A model generated the notes under the pieces. That model was not told the origin of the DNA, ran no database searches, and saw nothing but the letters and a program-made list of their open reading frames with translations. DNA of 40,039 bases, taken from the NCBI GenBank assembly GCA_964351135.1, contig CAYGNB010000001.1, positions 1 through 40,039 of the forward strand, written 5' to 3'. Made by a program: the position numbers and the translations under genes. This DNA comes from an uncultured Rhodobacterales bacterium. Its GTDB lineage: Bacteria; Pseudomonadota; Alphaproteobacteria; Rhodobacterales; Rhodobacteraceae. This document shows, one piece after another, positions 26,700 to 35,102 of the stretch; position 1 is the stretch's first letter, and each line of letters starts with the position of its first letter.

Positions 26700-28477
26700 A
26701 GGACAATCAAATCCTCATATTCCAGGTACGATCCTGATCGCGCCTCCATTGAACTGGATGCCGAACCAACAGCCATTGCTATCGTGACCATTCCGTCGAT
26801 GCGGCCGCGCGATTTGTTCTTGTGGAAAAACTTGTTTTTGAACGCATCGGACTGGATAACCGCGTTAGACGCGCAAATATCAGTCAATCTGCTGCTGTCG
26901 ATCTCTACCCCACCCCTCAGGATCGCATCCTCCAGGTGGCGCATCGACAGCGGCATGCACAGCATCTTTTCTTCAAATACGACCTTACTGCCCTGTGTAT
27001 GGGGAACGAGTTTCAGCCCGATACCCTCGGGTTCATCCTCACCCTCATACCTCCACACCGGGAATCCGGCATCGTCTGCGGCCTTGATGAAATTCTGAAT
27101 GAATTTGCTGTCAAAAACCAACTGCTCGACATCATGTTCTCGGCAGAGGTCCATGACCTGCCTGACCACGTAACTGTCATCGATCACGGCACCAGGCGTA
27201 ATTGTCAGAAAACCCTCTTCCTGCAACTCCCGGTAAGGAATCTTGTCTTTTGTACTGCGCTCCGCGAGGCGCTCCTCAGTGGTGAAATACCAGGTTTTCA
27301 CCGCCAGCGTTTCACCCTCCCAGCAGCCCGATAGAGCCGTAAGGTCGTTTTTTTCGGCAAGGTCCAATGAAAGGTGCAGCTTGCGGCCCTGCATGCGCGC
27401 TTCGTCAACCGGGGCCTTGACCCTTTCCCACGCATCCTCAGCGATCCAGAAACCAGCCGTGCCAACCGGAATGCCGAAATACAGGCGCTTCGTGGTCAGC
27501 GCCGTTGAAATCATGTGCCGGGATGTCTGGACCTCTTTTCGTACATTCTCAATCGGGTAGGTTATTCCCAGAGCCGGGAGCGATTTGACCCAACAGCTCT
27601 CATCGTTCATCGGATCATCATCAGGGTCCGTGCGAGCTATAAACGCGAACGCAGAATCGTCTGTGTTTTCGCCCCTCAAAACGCCCTGGAAAAACTCGCT
27701 GTATTCCGTTCCCACATGCTGATCGACCGAGGGCGTATTCGTTCCCAGAACCATCATCGGATCGCCGCTCATTTTCGCAATTGCGGCGCGCCATATCGAA
27801 ATGGCCTTGTTCGTTTTCATCTCGTGGATTTCATCGCCGAGAACGAGAACCGGCTTCGGGCCGGAAATCGCGTCACTGTTGGCGACCGGCTCAAATTTAG
27901 AACCCGACTTCGGGTGCTCGATTTTCCACGCGTTGTCACCAAAGCCCCGGATCAAGACCCGCCCAGAACCCTCTAGCGTCTCCTCATCCTTGCCCGGAAT
28001 TGGCGCGCGGCACATGGCCACGGCATCATCGAACATCACCTTCGCTGTGCTTTTATCCTGACCTATACAATAGACCTCGGCACGTTTTTTCTTACGACCA
28101 ACTGTCTCGTAGAGGCCTAAACCGGCCATGAGTGGTGATTTGGCCTGGCCTTTACCTGTCTCCATCCAGACAAACCGGAACCGCCGCAGCCCATCACAGT
28201 CCTTCCAGCCATATATCGAGCCGACGACAAACAGATGCCAGGGCAGAAGATTGAAAGGTTCTCCCTCTTTCGCGCCCTCGGTGATGCTGAGAACGCTCGG
28301 GAAAAAATCAATCGCAGCCTCTGCCGACCGAACGTCCCATTTCAACCCCCGCTTCGGCCCCAACTTCAAATCATCCAGATGGCGCTGCGCCGCCAAACGC
28401 ACGAATTCACCAACAACAATGTCGCCCTTCGCCGCACGTTTCGCCCATTCGGTCGTGCGGTCAGTCGAGGTAGTCAT
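26696..28477 (-). CDS. terL: Terminase large subunit
   Basis: GKGQAKS Walker A; DEIHE Walker B; DLA..DLTA; RIDG..A.AM. Confidence 0.96.
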   Translation of the reverse strand: MTTSTDRTTEWAKRAAKGDIVVGEFVRLAAQRHLDDLKLGPKRGLKWDVRSAEAAIDFFPSVLSITEGAKEGEPFNLLPWHLFVVGSIYGWKDCDGLRRFRFVWMETGKGQAKSPLMAGLGLYETVGRKKKRAEVYCIGQDKSTAKVMFDDAVAMCRAPIPGKDEETLEGSGRVLIRGFGDNAWKIEHPKSGSKFEPVANSDAISGPKPVLVLGDEIHEMKTNKAISIWRAAIAKMSGDPMMVLGTNTPSVDQHVGTEYSEFFQGVLRGENTDDSAFAFIARTDPDDDPMNDESCWVKSLPALGITYPIENVRKEVQTSRHMISTALTTKRLYFGIPVGTAGFWIAEDAWERVKAPVDEARMQGRKLHLSLDLAEKNDLTALSGCWEGETLAVKTWYFTTEERLAERSTKDKIPYRELQEEGFLTITPGAVIDDSYVVRQVMDLCREHDVEQLVFDSKFIQNFIKAADDAGFPVWRYEGEDEPEGIGLKLVPHTQGSKVVFEEKMLCMPLSMRHLEDAILRGGVEIDSSRLTDICASNAVIQSDAFKNKFFHKNKSRGRIDGMVTIAMAVGSASSSMEARSGSYLEYEDLIVL

Positions 28478-28853
28478 CGGCCCTTGTTCGTTTCGTCTCC
28501 AATTTGGGGCCAGAAATCTTGTCCTGCGCCGCCTTGGGCGCAATCAGCAGAGCGTCCTCGAATTTCGCCATCCGGTCGTTCAGCTTTTCACAGACCGACC
28601 AGTTGAAGTTGAAAACATCGCCGCCATTCGGACCAATCTTGACCGGTCCCTCCCTCGCAGCAATCGGATAGATCGCGTGATACTCGGCGCAGGCTCGGGC
28701 GTACCTGTCCGCAATCTCAACGCGGCGATTGTTCAGGAGTCCATTTTCGGTCAGCCAGTTGACGGTGTCCCGCCACACCGCCTTCGCCTTGATCTCCTTG
28801 TCGTGATCGTCGCTGTAAATGTCCGCATATCGCGGAGCGCGGGGTTTTTTCAT
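28461..28853 (-). CDS. terS: Terminase small subunit (P27-like)
   Basis: A..W..L..GLL..Y; directly upstream of terL. Confidence 0.85.
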   Translation of the reverse strand: MKKPRAPRYADIYSDDHDKEIKAKAVWRDTVNWLTENGLLNNRRVEIADRYARACAEYHAIYPIAAREGPVKIGPNGGDVFNFNWSVCEKLNDRMAKFEDALLIAPKAAQDKISGPKLETKRTRADDYLD

Positions 28854-28960
28854 GTTATGTTATACCCCTACCCTAGTTCTCGGGCTGCTCTGAATGAAAA
28901 GGAAGGAGCGCACTTGGGTCTACAGATTTTGCCCCTCTTTTTTTTATCGGGGGGTCCATC
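28854..28960. other. Probable cos/packaging-site region
   Basis: Non-coding gap between HNH and terS with G/C and A/T runs, as in HK97-like cos phages; exact cut unknown. Confidence 0.45.
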
Positions 28961-29243
28961 CATCCGAGCGCTGCATTCGTTGTCCGCGCTCTTGGATTGC
29001 CTTTGCTGATGAATGGCATGACTTGCACAGTAGTTGCAGGTTATCGGGATCGAAGAACACACTCCTTCGCCCCTTGTGCGGTGTCTTGTGGTCCACCTCT
29101 GCGGATGATGGGCTATCTCTTCCGCTGTCTGTGTCTATACCGCACATTTGACAGCGGCCCATGTCCCGCTTGATGATCCTGACCCGTAGCCGCTGCCATG
29201 CCGCTGTGCTGTAGAGGTTCTGGCCCTCATATGACCACGCCAT
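28944..29243 (-). CDS. Packaging-associated HNH endonuclease (HK97 gp74-like)
   Basis: CQMC..VDH..HKG..DPDNLQLLCKSCH. Confidence 0.92.
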   Translation of the reverse strand: MAWSYEGQNLYSTAAWQRLRVRIIKRDMGRCQMCGIDTDSGRDSPSSAEVDHKTPHKGRRSVFFDPDNLQLLCKSCHSSAKAIQERGQRMQRSDGWTPR

Positions 29244-29359
29244 GCGTTACAACTCTCGATGATGTGCCATGTTGTTCATGCGAGGCGCGGCGGCACGGGA
29301 CCGCGCCTCGCTGGTCGTCACACTATCAGGAGGTTATGGTGGGCTGCGTGACGATGTTC

Positions 29360-29394
29360 AAAAACGCGAAAAGCGCCCGGTTTTCACCAGACGC
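29360..29394 (-). terminator. tR'-like intrinsic terminator
   Basis: GCGTCTGGT-GAAA-ACCGGGCGC followed by TTTTCGCGTTTTT. Confidence 0.7.
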
Positions 29395-29409
29395 AATTTA
29401 TCACGGACA

Positions 29410-29438
29410 GAAATAGCACCGTTTCGTTACGACGTCAA
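29410..29438 (-). promoter_or_regulatory. Late promoter (PR'-like)
   Basis: TTGACG-17-TATTTC. Confidence 0.65.
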
Positions 29439-29977
29439 CATTGCACCGCATCTAGCGCATTGCGCAATATCTTGATGTTTCTCGGGTGGTCACCCGCAAT
29501 GCAGACGCGGTACAATTCCGCGCTGCCGATGATGCCGACACGGCGCTCAAGGGACCGCATCGCCGCAAATATGGCCGGGTCTCCGTCGCTGTCGTCATGA
29601 CCGCCTGTCCCACCGTTCAGGCAGGATTTGTAGCCGCCTATATCCGGCATTTCAGCGAGATATGCCGCGCATGTTTCCTGATATGATCGTGCCGCCTGCT
29701 CCTGAGCGCCGGTGATCCTCTTTTCACAGTGAAGCCGCCCGATCATATCATGAGCTATATCAACGACAGGCTGTTGTGATTTTATCGCTCCGACCGGTTC
29801 AGCCCATACGCCTCGCGCCATACGCTCGGGCGTAGGGCGCTCAGCATGGCCTCTCGCTTTCTGTGCTGGCGCTGTAGGGGTCTTGTTGTACTTTTGCGGG
29901 ACTACCCCGCCAAAAGCCATTTTCGACGCTGTACGGGCCTTTTTACGCGCTCTGCGTTTCGCCGCCTTGCTGGTCAT
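29435..29977 (-). CDS. Putative late regulator/Q-like antiterminator (DUF6456-like)
   Basis: PTPER motif; RL..IT..Q..AA; directly upstream of PR'/tR'. Confidence 0.6.
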   Translation of the reverse strand: MTSKAAKRRARKKARTASKMAFGGVVPQKYNKTPTAPAQKARGHAERPTPERMARGVWAEPVGAIKSQQPVVDIAHDMIGRLHCEKRITGAQEQAARSYQETCAAYLAEMPDIGGYKSCLNGGTGGHDDSDGDPAIFAAMRSLERRVGIIGSAELYRVCIAGDHPRNIKILRNALDAVQC

Positions 29978-30192
29978 GATCTGCCCCTGCGCTCGCCGTA
30001 TGTTTCGTTTGCCCATTGCTGCATCGGTTCTCGCAGGCATTCGGGCAGTTCATCAGGTCGCGCCACAATGGTTCCGTTCTGAACCCAGAGATCGCGACAC
30101 CATCGCCAGATGCGGGAGAATACCCTGTCAGGATCGGGCTGCGCGGCGGCTCCCAATCGGTAGATGCTGCTGATGCCCGGATCGCCCCTCAT
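29974..30192 (-). CDS. Hypothetical protein (MRGDPGISS..)
   Basis: GAGG RBS; ATGA coupling downstream. Confidence 0.65.
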   Translation of the reverse strand: MRGDPGISSIYRLGAAAQPDPDRVFSRIWRWCRDLWVQNGTIVARPDELPECLREPMQQWANETYGERRGRS

Positions 30193-30194
30193 CG

Positions 30195-30356
30195 TCAGAC
30201 CCTCACCGCCTCGATGAACGTACACTCGAACCTCGAATACGCCGCCTGAAACCTCGACCACGCCTCGTCGCGGCTCGATGCCGAGATACGGTGAAACCTC
30301 CTGCCGATACCTCCGGAAACCAATCCTGTAACGTCGAATTTCTGATAGGTGCTCAT
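30195..30356 (-). CDS. Hypothetical protein, 53 aa (MSTYQKFDV..)
   Basis: Translated by hand; GGAGG RBS; ATGA coupling. Confidence 0.6.
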   Translation of the reverse strand: MSTYQKFDVTGLVSGGIGRRFHRISASSRDEAWSRFQAAYSRFECTFIEAVRV

Positions 30357-30823
30357 GCCACGCCTCCAAACCGTTTTGGCGCGAAACCGGCCTTTTTCAG
30401 GATTTCCAGACGCGCCTCATCGCTCACTCGCTGTTTGACAGGCTCCGGATTTGGGGGTGGCTGATTGGCGCGCATACGCTCGACCTCCCTCCGGCCACGA
30501 ATTTTTAGCATCATGCCTTTGATGTGGCCGGGATTCGGCTTTTTGTTCGGAAACTCATCGCGCCATTTGCGGAGCGCGTAGAGGTATTGCTCCTGCGTCC
30601 AGTCCTCCAGCGCGTCCGCCCAATCGGCCAGAATACCGGCCTTGACGTGCTCCGGCGGCAGGCTCTGCCAGTAACCGCTGAGAATGACCTCCACGTCAAA
30701 AGCTATCCTCTGACGGTGCGCGTCGAGCTGCTCCGGCGAAAGCGATTGCGCGAGTTGTGGCGTCGGCGTTGGCATTGGCTCTTTTTGCTGAACCGCCCTG
30801 ATTTCTGGCATTTTTTCGTTCAT
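30353..30823 (-). CDS. Putative helicase loader (P/G39P-like position)
   Basis: DWADALED..ALRKW..P.PGHI; follows the initiator gene. Confidence 0.6.
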   Translation of the reverse strand: MNEKMPEIRAVQQKEPMPTPTPQLAQSLSPEQLDAHRQRIAFDVEVILSGYWQSLPPEHVKAGILADWADALEDWTQEQYLYALRKWRDEFPNKKPNPGHIKGMMLKIRGRREVERMRANQPPPNPEPVKQRVSDEARLEILKKAGFAPKRFGGVA

Positions 30824-31592
30824 TTCCGGGTTCTCCTGTGATTGGAACGAGTTTTGGCCCACCGGCTTTTTCGCCAGCAAACCGGCACATCGCCTGCTCG
30901 AAATATCTGAACGTGCTGGGTGGCCCAGTATCGGCTTTTCCGGCCATGATCTCCCGAACCTGCCCGATGATTTCACTGAACGTCAGGCCTAATTCGTCGC
31001 GCCATCGCTGGACCATCTGCATATCCGACATCCTGCCGATCATCCGTCCGTTTGGCCCGATCAGACCAGACGGATCACAGCCCATCGCCTCGAGCAGTTG
31101 CTCGCGCTCCGTTGCGGTTTCGGGAATCGGATCGGTTGGCTCAGGTTCGCGCGCGCTACCATCACCACTACCAATATCCCTTATTACACCCTTATTCTCG
31201 TTTGCGTCGCCGGTGCGTCGCCGGTGCGTCGGTTGGTGCGTCGATTGTGCGTCATCGACGCTGGCCTTGTTCTGATAAATGTCATATTTACATATAGTTA
31301 TGATGGTCGCATGTGCGTCGGTGACGCGCGCTATCATGCGTCGATTTTCGAGCATGTCTAAATACCGACGCACCCTCGAATCTGACCATTTCCAAGCGCG
31401 CGCCAAAAACCGTGTAGAAACAGCAAGTTGGCCGCGTTCCGTCCAAACCTTGTAAATCCCGACCGGCTTGTATCTCGCACGCCAGGATGCCTCTGCAACC
31501 ATCCAAACCCACGCTTCTCGTTGCGTGAATGGCTCATCCCGGAACGCATCATCGTCCCATAGATCGCGAGATATGTTGATCGTTCCGCTCAT
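30696..31592 (-). CDS. Replication initiator (lambda O-like)
   Basis: EAWVWM..A; RGQL..S.RFLA..W.WS..RV.RYL..LE..MI; ITICKYD.YQ; internal iterons. Confidence 0.85.
   Translation of the reverse strand: MSGTINISRDLWDDDAFRDEPFTQREAWVWMVAEASWRARYKPVGIYKVWTERGQLAVSTRFLARAWKWSDSRVRRYLDMLENRRMIARVTDAHATIITICKYDIYQNKASVDDAQSTHQPTHRRRTGDANENKGVIRDIGSGDGSAREPEPTDPIPETATEREQLLEAMGCDPSGLIGPNGRMIGRMSDMQMVQRWRDELGLTFSEIIGQVREIMAGKADTGPPSTFRYFEQAMCRFAGEKAGGPKLVPITGEPGNERKNARNQGGSAKRANANADATTRAIAFAGAARRAPSEDSF
31203..31342. repeat. Iterons (TGCGTC repeats spaced 11-12 bp at 31203-31253, more near 31314-31342); probable origin
   Basis: tgcgtcgccggtgcgtcgccggtgcgtcggttggtgcgtcgattgtgcgtc next to an AT-rich stretch. 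Confidence 0.75.
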
Positions 31593-31722
31593 ATCAGAAC
31601 ATCTCCATTTGACTGGCTGAAAAGCATCGAAATGCGCATCCGGTCCATGATCCATTTGACATTCGGAATCGCCATCGAGTTTCCGGCGGGCCTGTTCTCA
31701 GGGTTCATTTCCCTGCGACAAT

Positions 31723-31926
31723 TCATGCCACCCGCCTCCTCTCGTTGACCGGCTCGATTTCCACACCCGCGCGCATCTCCATCTGGCGGCGCATGATGGC
31801 GTGCAGCGCGTCGGTCCATGTTTGGTCGCGCAGATATACCTCCACGCTCTGACAGACCTGCTCCGGCGTCTGTGATTGCAGGTAACAGTAGGCGATATGC
31901 TCAAGGGCGATTTGGCGCGGAGTCAT
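31723..31926 (-). CDS. Hypothetical protein
   Basis: GGAG RBS, ATGA coupling. Confidence 0.65.
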   Translation of the reverse strand: MTPRQIALEHIAYCYLQSQTPEQVCQSVEVYLRDQTWTDALHAIMRRQMEMRAGVEIEPVNERRRVA

Positions 31927-32324
31927 GTCTCCAAAATCTCCGTGCCCATCGCGGCCAGAATCGCCTTCTTGATCGAATAGACCTCTGTTCTGTGATCGCC
32001 GGATTTTTTATCCTCGATCACCTCGGCGTTGATACGGGTATCGAAATAGCGGAAATCTGCGATGTAGAGCATGGTTCTGCCGCCGGGCGTGAGGATCGGG
32101 CCGTTCTCGCCTCTGAGTTCCAGTGGAATCTGGCGCTCGAGGCTGTGGATTTCTCCCGCGCGCTGCAACAACAACAACTCATTCCAGCGTTTCAGTTCCG
32201 CGTGGCTATCGAACCATCCGAATTCAGGAACATGGACACGCCGCGCGCCGACAACGCGCTGCACCCCCTTGCTTTCCTTCTTCTGAGCGGCGCGGAGTTG
32301 AGCCAGTGTCATGCGCTCGGTCAT
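31923..32324 (-). CDS. DUF1064-like PD-(D/E)xK nuclease
   Basis: FDS..E..R..L..LERQ; YIADF.Y..VIEDKK. Confidence 0.85.
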   Translation of the reverse strand: MTERMTLAQLRAAQKKESKGVQRVVGARRVHVPEFGWFDSHAELKRWNELLLLQRAGEIHSLERQIPLELRGENGPILTPGGRTMLYIADFRYFDTRINAEVIEDKKSGDHRTEVYSIKKAILAAMGTEILET

Positions 32325-32611
32325 TCGTATTTGACCTCCACTGTTTCATCCGGCGGCAGGCTCGCCTCCAACTCGTCGAACCGATGCGCCAGCCGTCGCA
32401 GTTGCGTACCCATGCCGCGTTTGATGTGGCCGGTGAACAGCGGGCGGCGCAGCTTTTCCTCCGTCGCCTCACCTGCAATCAGAGCGAATGTCCTGCCGTT
32501 CTCCGGGTGGTCGCAGACCTCAAACATCACATGATCCAGCCAAAACCGTTCTCGGGTGTAGGATTTGGGGTCAGGGTGACGCGCCCGGGTTTTTGTGCTG
32601 TGCGCGCTCAT
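32321..32611 (-). CDS. Hypothetical protein
   Basis: ATGA coupling both sides. Confidence 0.7.
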   Translation of the reverse strand: MSAHSTKTRARHPDPKSYTRERFWLDHVMFEVCDHPENGRTFALIAGEATEEKLRRPLFTGHIKRGMGTQLRRLAHRFDELEASLPPDETVEVKYE

Positions 32612-32766
32612 TCCTCGCTATCCTCATCCCACGGGGCCGTTGGCAATTTCACATCGACGTTGCGGTAGCGCAGGCTCGTTTTCTGCGCCTGCCCGAGGCG
32701 CTCTGCGACCGTCAGTTCGCGTTTCGTCTGACGCTGCATGTGCATGAGGGGTCCGAAATCGCTCAT
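32608..32766 (-). CDS. Hypothetical protein, 52 aa (MSDFGPLMH..)
   Basis: Translated by hand; fills the gap with ATGA overlaps. Confidence 0.55.
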   Translation of the reverse strand: MSDFGPLMHMQRQTKRELTVAERLGQAQKTSLRYRNVDVKLPTAPWDEDSEE

Positions 32767-32987
32767 GCCGCCCACCAGCGATCAGGCATTCCGCCGTCCC
32801 TGTTGGATTTTTTCCGGCATTTGCATGGAATGTCGGCGGTTTCGCGGAAACGGGACATGATCCCGGCGATAGCCCCCTTGGTGACGCCAAGACGCGCCAT
32901 GGCGTCGCGCTGCCTTTCGCCTTTCAATCGAGAGTCGATAACCTCCAGAACCCTGATATCATCGTCGCGGGTAAACTGTCGTGACAT
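32763..32987 (-). CDS. Small HTH protein resembling the GcrA N-terminal domain
   Basis: G..Q..MARLGVTKGAIAGIMSR; GGAGG RBS. Confidence 0.6.
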   Translation of the reverse strand: MSRQFTRDDDIRVLEVIDSRLKGERQRDAMARLGVTKGAIAGIMSRFRETADIPCKCRKKSNRDGGMPDRWWAA

Positions 32988-32988
32988 A

Positions 32989-33180
32989 TTACCTCCCCTT
33001 CCTGAGTTCCGCCCGCCGTCTGGCGAACGCCTGAATTTCATCCATTGTGAGTTCCTGACCACGCGCACCGATTGCGCGCTGCATCCCGTTCAAAGTGTCG
33101 AGACAGGTCTCTTCTTCGATCTTGTCGATGAGCGTTGGCCGCTGTCCGGTGCGGCGAAATCGGTCCAGAATGGCGCTCAT
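32989..33180 (-). CDS. Hypothetical protein
   Basis: ATGA coupling. Confidence 0.65.
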   Translation of the reverse strand: MSAILDRFRRTGQRPTLIDKIEEETCLDTLNGMQRAIGARGQELTMDEIQAFARRRAELRKGR

Positions 33181-33614
33181 GACACTTCTGACCAGTCACG
33201 GTTAGCAATGAATGTCCTGATTTCATCGGCATGAGCGATGCAGCCGACGGCCATTGCCTCATATTCCACGGCCCTCGCTTCAAGTTCGGCATCCGTCAGC
33301 ATCGTCACCGGCACCAAAGTGATTTGCCCGTCGCGCTTGACCGTGTAGGCCTTTTGCAGATGGTCAAAACCTGGCATGATAATTTGCGAGGATTGTTCGG
33401 GTTTTGGCTCAAATTCACCTACAACGCGCTTCGTCGTTTTTTTGATGAAGTCGATACCGCACGCGATATAGAAATCAGCGTCGTCGCCCTCGATCTTGTC
33501 CTTCATGGCAATGATTTCGGCCGTCAACCATTCGACACGAACCGAAACACCAGAATCAATTTTGTTCCTGACAATTCCACGGATTTCCTGCGTGACTTCG
33601 GTCGTGCTTTTCAT
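33177..33614 (-). CDS. Hypothetical protein
   Basis: 145-aa ORF, GAGG RBS. Confidence 0.8.
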   Translation of the reverse strand: MKSTTEVTQEIRGIVRNKIDSGVSVRVEWLTAEIIAMKDKIEGDDADFYIACGIDFIKKTTKRVVGEFEPKPEQSSQIIMPGFDHLQKAYTVKRDGQITLVPVTMLTDAELEARAVEYEAMAVGCIAHADEIRTFIANRDWSEVS

Positions 33615-33617
33615 TTC

Positions 33618-34271
33618 TCAAATCCTCGTAATTATCTGGTCATGAACCGCGTCTATTTGGTTGATCGCAGCGCGAAGCCTTTGGCGTTCGCTGTCGTTCA
33701 GGATTGCGCAGTCTGCGATTGCGTCTTTCCCGGTTAATTCCTTGGCGTATCGCTCAAAACCGGCGACAAAGTGCATGGCGCGGTTGAACTCACGCGGATC
33801 GCGGCCTTGCAGGTCCACCACCGGGCGAGGCTTGACCCCTTGCTCTGCAAGCTGTGAAAGGGTTGGCGGGTTTTCGCTTTCAACCTGCGCGTCAAAATCC
33901 TCTTGCGGGATATTGGCGAGGCGGGTTGCCTGCACCTGTTGGTGCTTGGACATGCCAGCGGAACGGGCCGCATCTGAGCGGGTGGTGTGGTCGGCTACAC
34001 CATCCTCTGAATATTGGTTTCGGCCTTTCCCGTCCTCAATCTGCTTGAGCAACTCACCAGACCGACGAACCGCCCGCGCCTTGATGCGCGCGGCCATCCG
34101 CATCAGGGTCTCGTCCTCGGCCTGCTTGGCGTAGCTGGCGAGCGCGGCGGCCTTGTCAGCCCAATCCTTGCACTCGTCTATGTTCTGACAGTTTGCCAAA
34201 GCGGCCTTTGCGGCCTCATAGGTTTGCGGCAGTCGTGCGTTTTGAACGCTCGGAAGCGACATATCATTCAT
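33618..34271 (-). CDS. Helical phage protein with central HTH-like segment
   Basis: YEAAK.AL..C..IDECKDW.DKA.A...YAKQ..RR.GELL. Confidence 0.75.
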   Translation of the reverse strand: MNDMSLPSVQNARLPQTYEAAKAALANCQNIDECKDWADKAAALASYAKQAEDETLMRMAARIKARAVRRSGELLKQIEDGKGRNQYSEDGVADHTTRSDAARSAGMSKHQQVQATRLANIPQEDFDAQVESENPPTLSQLAEQGVKPRPVVDLQGRDPREFNRAMHFVAGFERYAKELTGKDAIADCAILNDSERQRLRAAINQIDAVHDQIITRI

Positions 34272-34353
34272 TGGCTGTCCAGTATGGTTTTCCGTGCTTG
34301 CGAGATGGATTCACCGTCGCCAATCTGGTCGTCGGGCAAGAAATCATCCGGCA

Positions 34354-34584
34354 TCACGACGCCTCCGCATTTTCGAGCGATGACTGCTTAGGAGATTTCC
34401 AGTTGAACGCACTTTCAGGACAATCAATCCCGCGCTCCGCGCAAATATCCCTAACGACAGGGAACCACGCTGGCGGGAAACCGCCGCGAACAACTGCATT
34501 GCTAACTGCCGTTACTCCGATTCCCAAAGCATCGGCAAGGGACCGATACCCGACTTCGGTGGCTATGTTATGTGCGCTATCCAT
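34354..34584 (-). CDS. cro: Cro-like HTH regulator, probably leaderless
   Basis: G.RSLADALGIG.TAVSNA..RG.FP..W; divergent from the repressor. Confidence 0.8.
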   Translation of the reverse strand: MDSAHNIATEVGYRSLADALGIGVTAVSNAVVRGGFPPAWFPVVRDICAERGIDCPESAFNWKSPKQSSLENAEAS

Positions 34585-34594
34585 GTCGGCGATT

Positions 34595-34662
34595 ATCCAC
34601 ATATTGTGGATGATGTAAAGTCCACAATTAGGAAGTTGGAAAACAATCCACCTTCTGTGAAC
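34595..34662. promoter_or_regulatory. Right operator region: ATCCAC-N5-GTGGAT (34595-34611), half site at 34621, ATCCAC-N5-GTGAAC (34646-34662)
   Basis: Palindromes read directly; the first lies between TTTACA and GATAAT of the cro promoter. Confidence 0.85.
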
Positions 34663-34671
34663 CCTTGCGTT

Positions 34672-34932
34672 ATGTCAGATGATTTTCCTTATGCGGCTAT
34701 TGGCGCGCGGCTGCACAACCTGCGGACTGCTTACAGACCAGAGCTAAGCCAAAAGGCATGGGCTGAGAAGCATGGGTTCAGCCCGACTCAGTATAACAAC
34801 TGGGAAAAGGGTTTGCGGCGTATCCCGGTCGATTTCGCCGAAACGCTTTGCGATACTTATGGCCTGACATTGGACTTTGTGTATCGCGGTAGAAGAGACG
34901 GCCTGTCGGAAAACGCCAAGAAGGCTGTATAA
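34672..34932 (+). CDS. cI: CI-like XRE repressor, HTH only (no S24 autopeptidase domain)
   Basis: IGARL..LR..LSQ..WA..G.S.TQYNNWEKG..YGLTLDFVYRG; 86 aa. Confidence 0.88.
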   Translation: MSDDFPYAAIGARLHNLRTAYRPELSQKAWAEKHGFSPTQYNNWEKGLRRIPVDFAETLCDTYGLTLDFVYRGRRDGLSENAKKAV

Positions 34933-35051
34933 GAACATCGACCCATGTAGAAAACGACATGGTCTAGCGGGCAGTCCAACTCTCCCGCTATCTCTATCAT
35001 TCTATCCAGGCGCCGGTCTATCGCCGCACCAAAATCCACAACGTTTACCAT
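34857..35051 (-). CDS. Candidate SOS-inducible antirepressor, 64 aa, antisense-overlapping the cI 3' end
   Basis: Own promoter with LexA-like box; ATG at predicted +1; resembles XRE helices 4-5. Confidence 0.6.
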   Translation of the reverse strand: MVNVVDFGAAIDRRLDRMIEIAGELDCPLDHVVFYMGRCSYTAFLAFSDRPSLLPRYTKSNVRP

Positions 35052-35053
35052 GT

Positions 35054-35086
35054 GAACAAAACAGCAACATGCTGCTGTGGTGTCAA
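35054..35086 (-). promoter_or_regulatory. Promoter TTGACA-17-TGTTTT overlapped by an alphaproteobacterial LexA box (GAAC-N7-CAAC, 35054-35068)
   Basis: GAACAAAACAGCAAC has one mismatch to GAAC-N7-GAAC. Confidence 0.7.
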
Positions 35087-35102
35087 TAGTGACATTAAAT
35101 TT

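Noticed and set aside
31589-31726. 45-aa ORF upstream of the initiator
   Set aside because: ATGA-coupled but short with no recognisable features; not enough support to call
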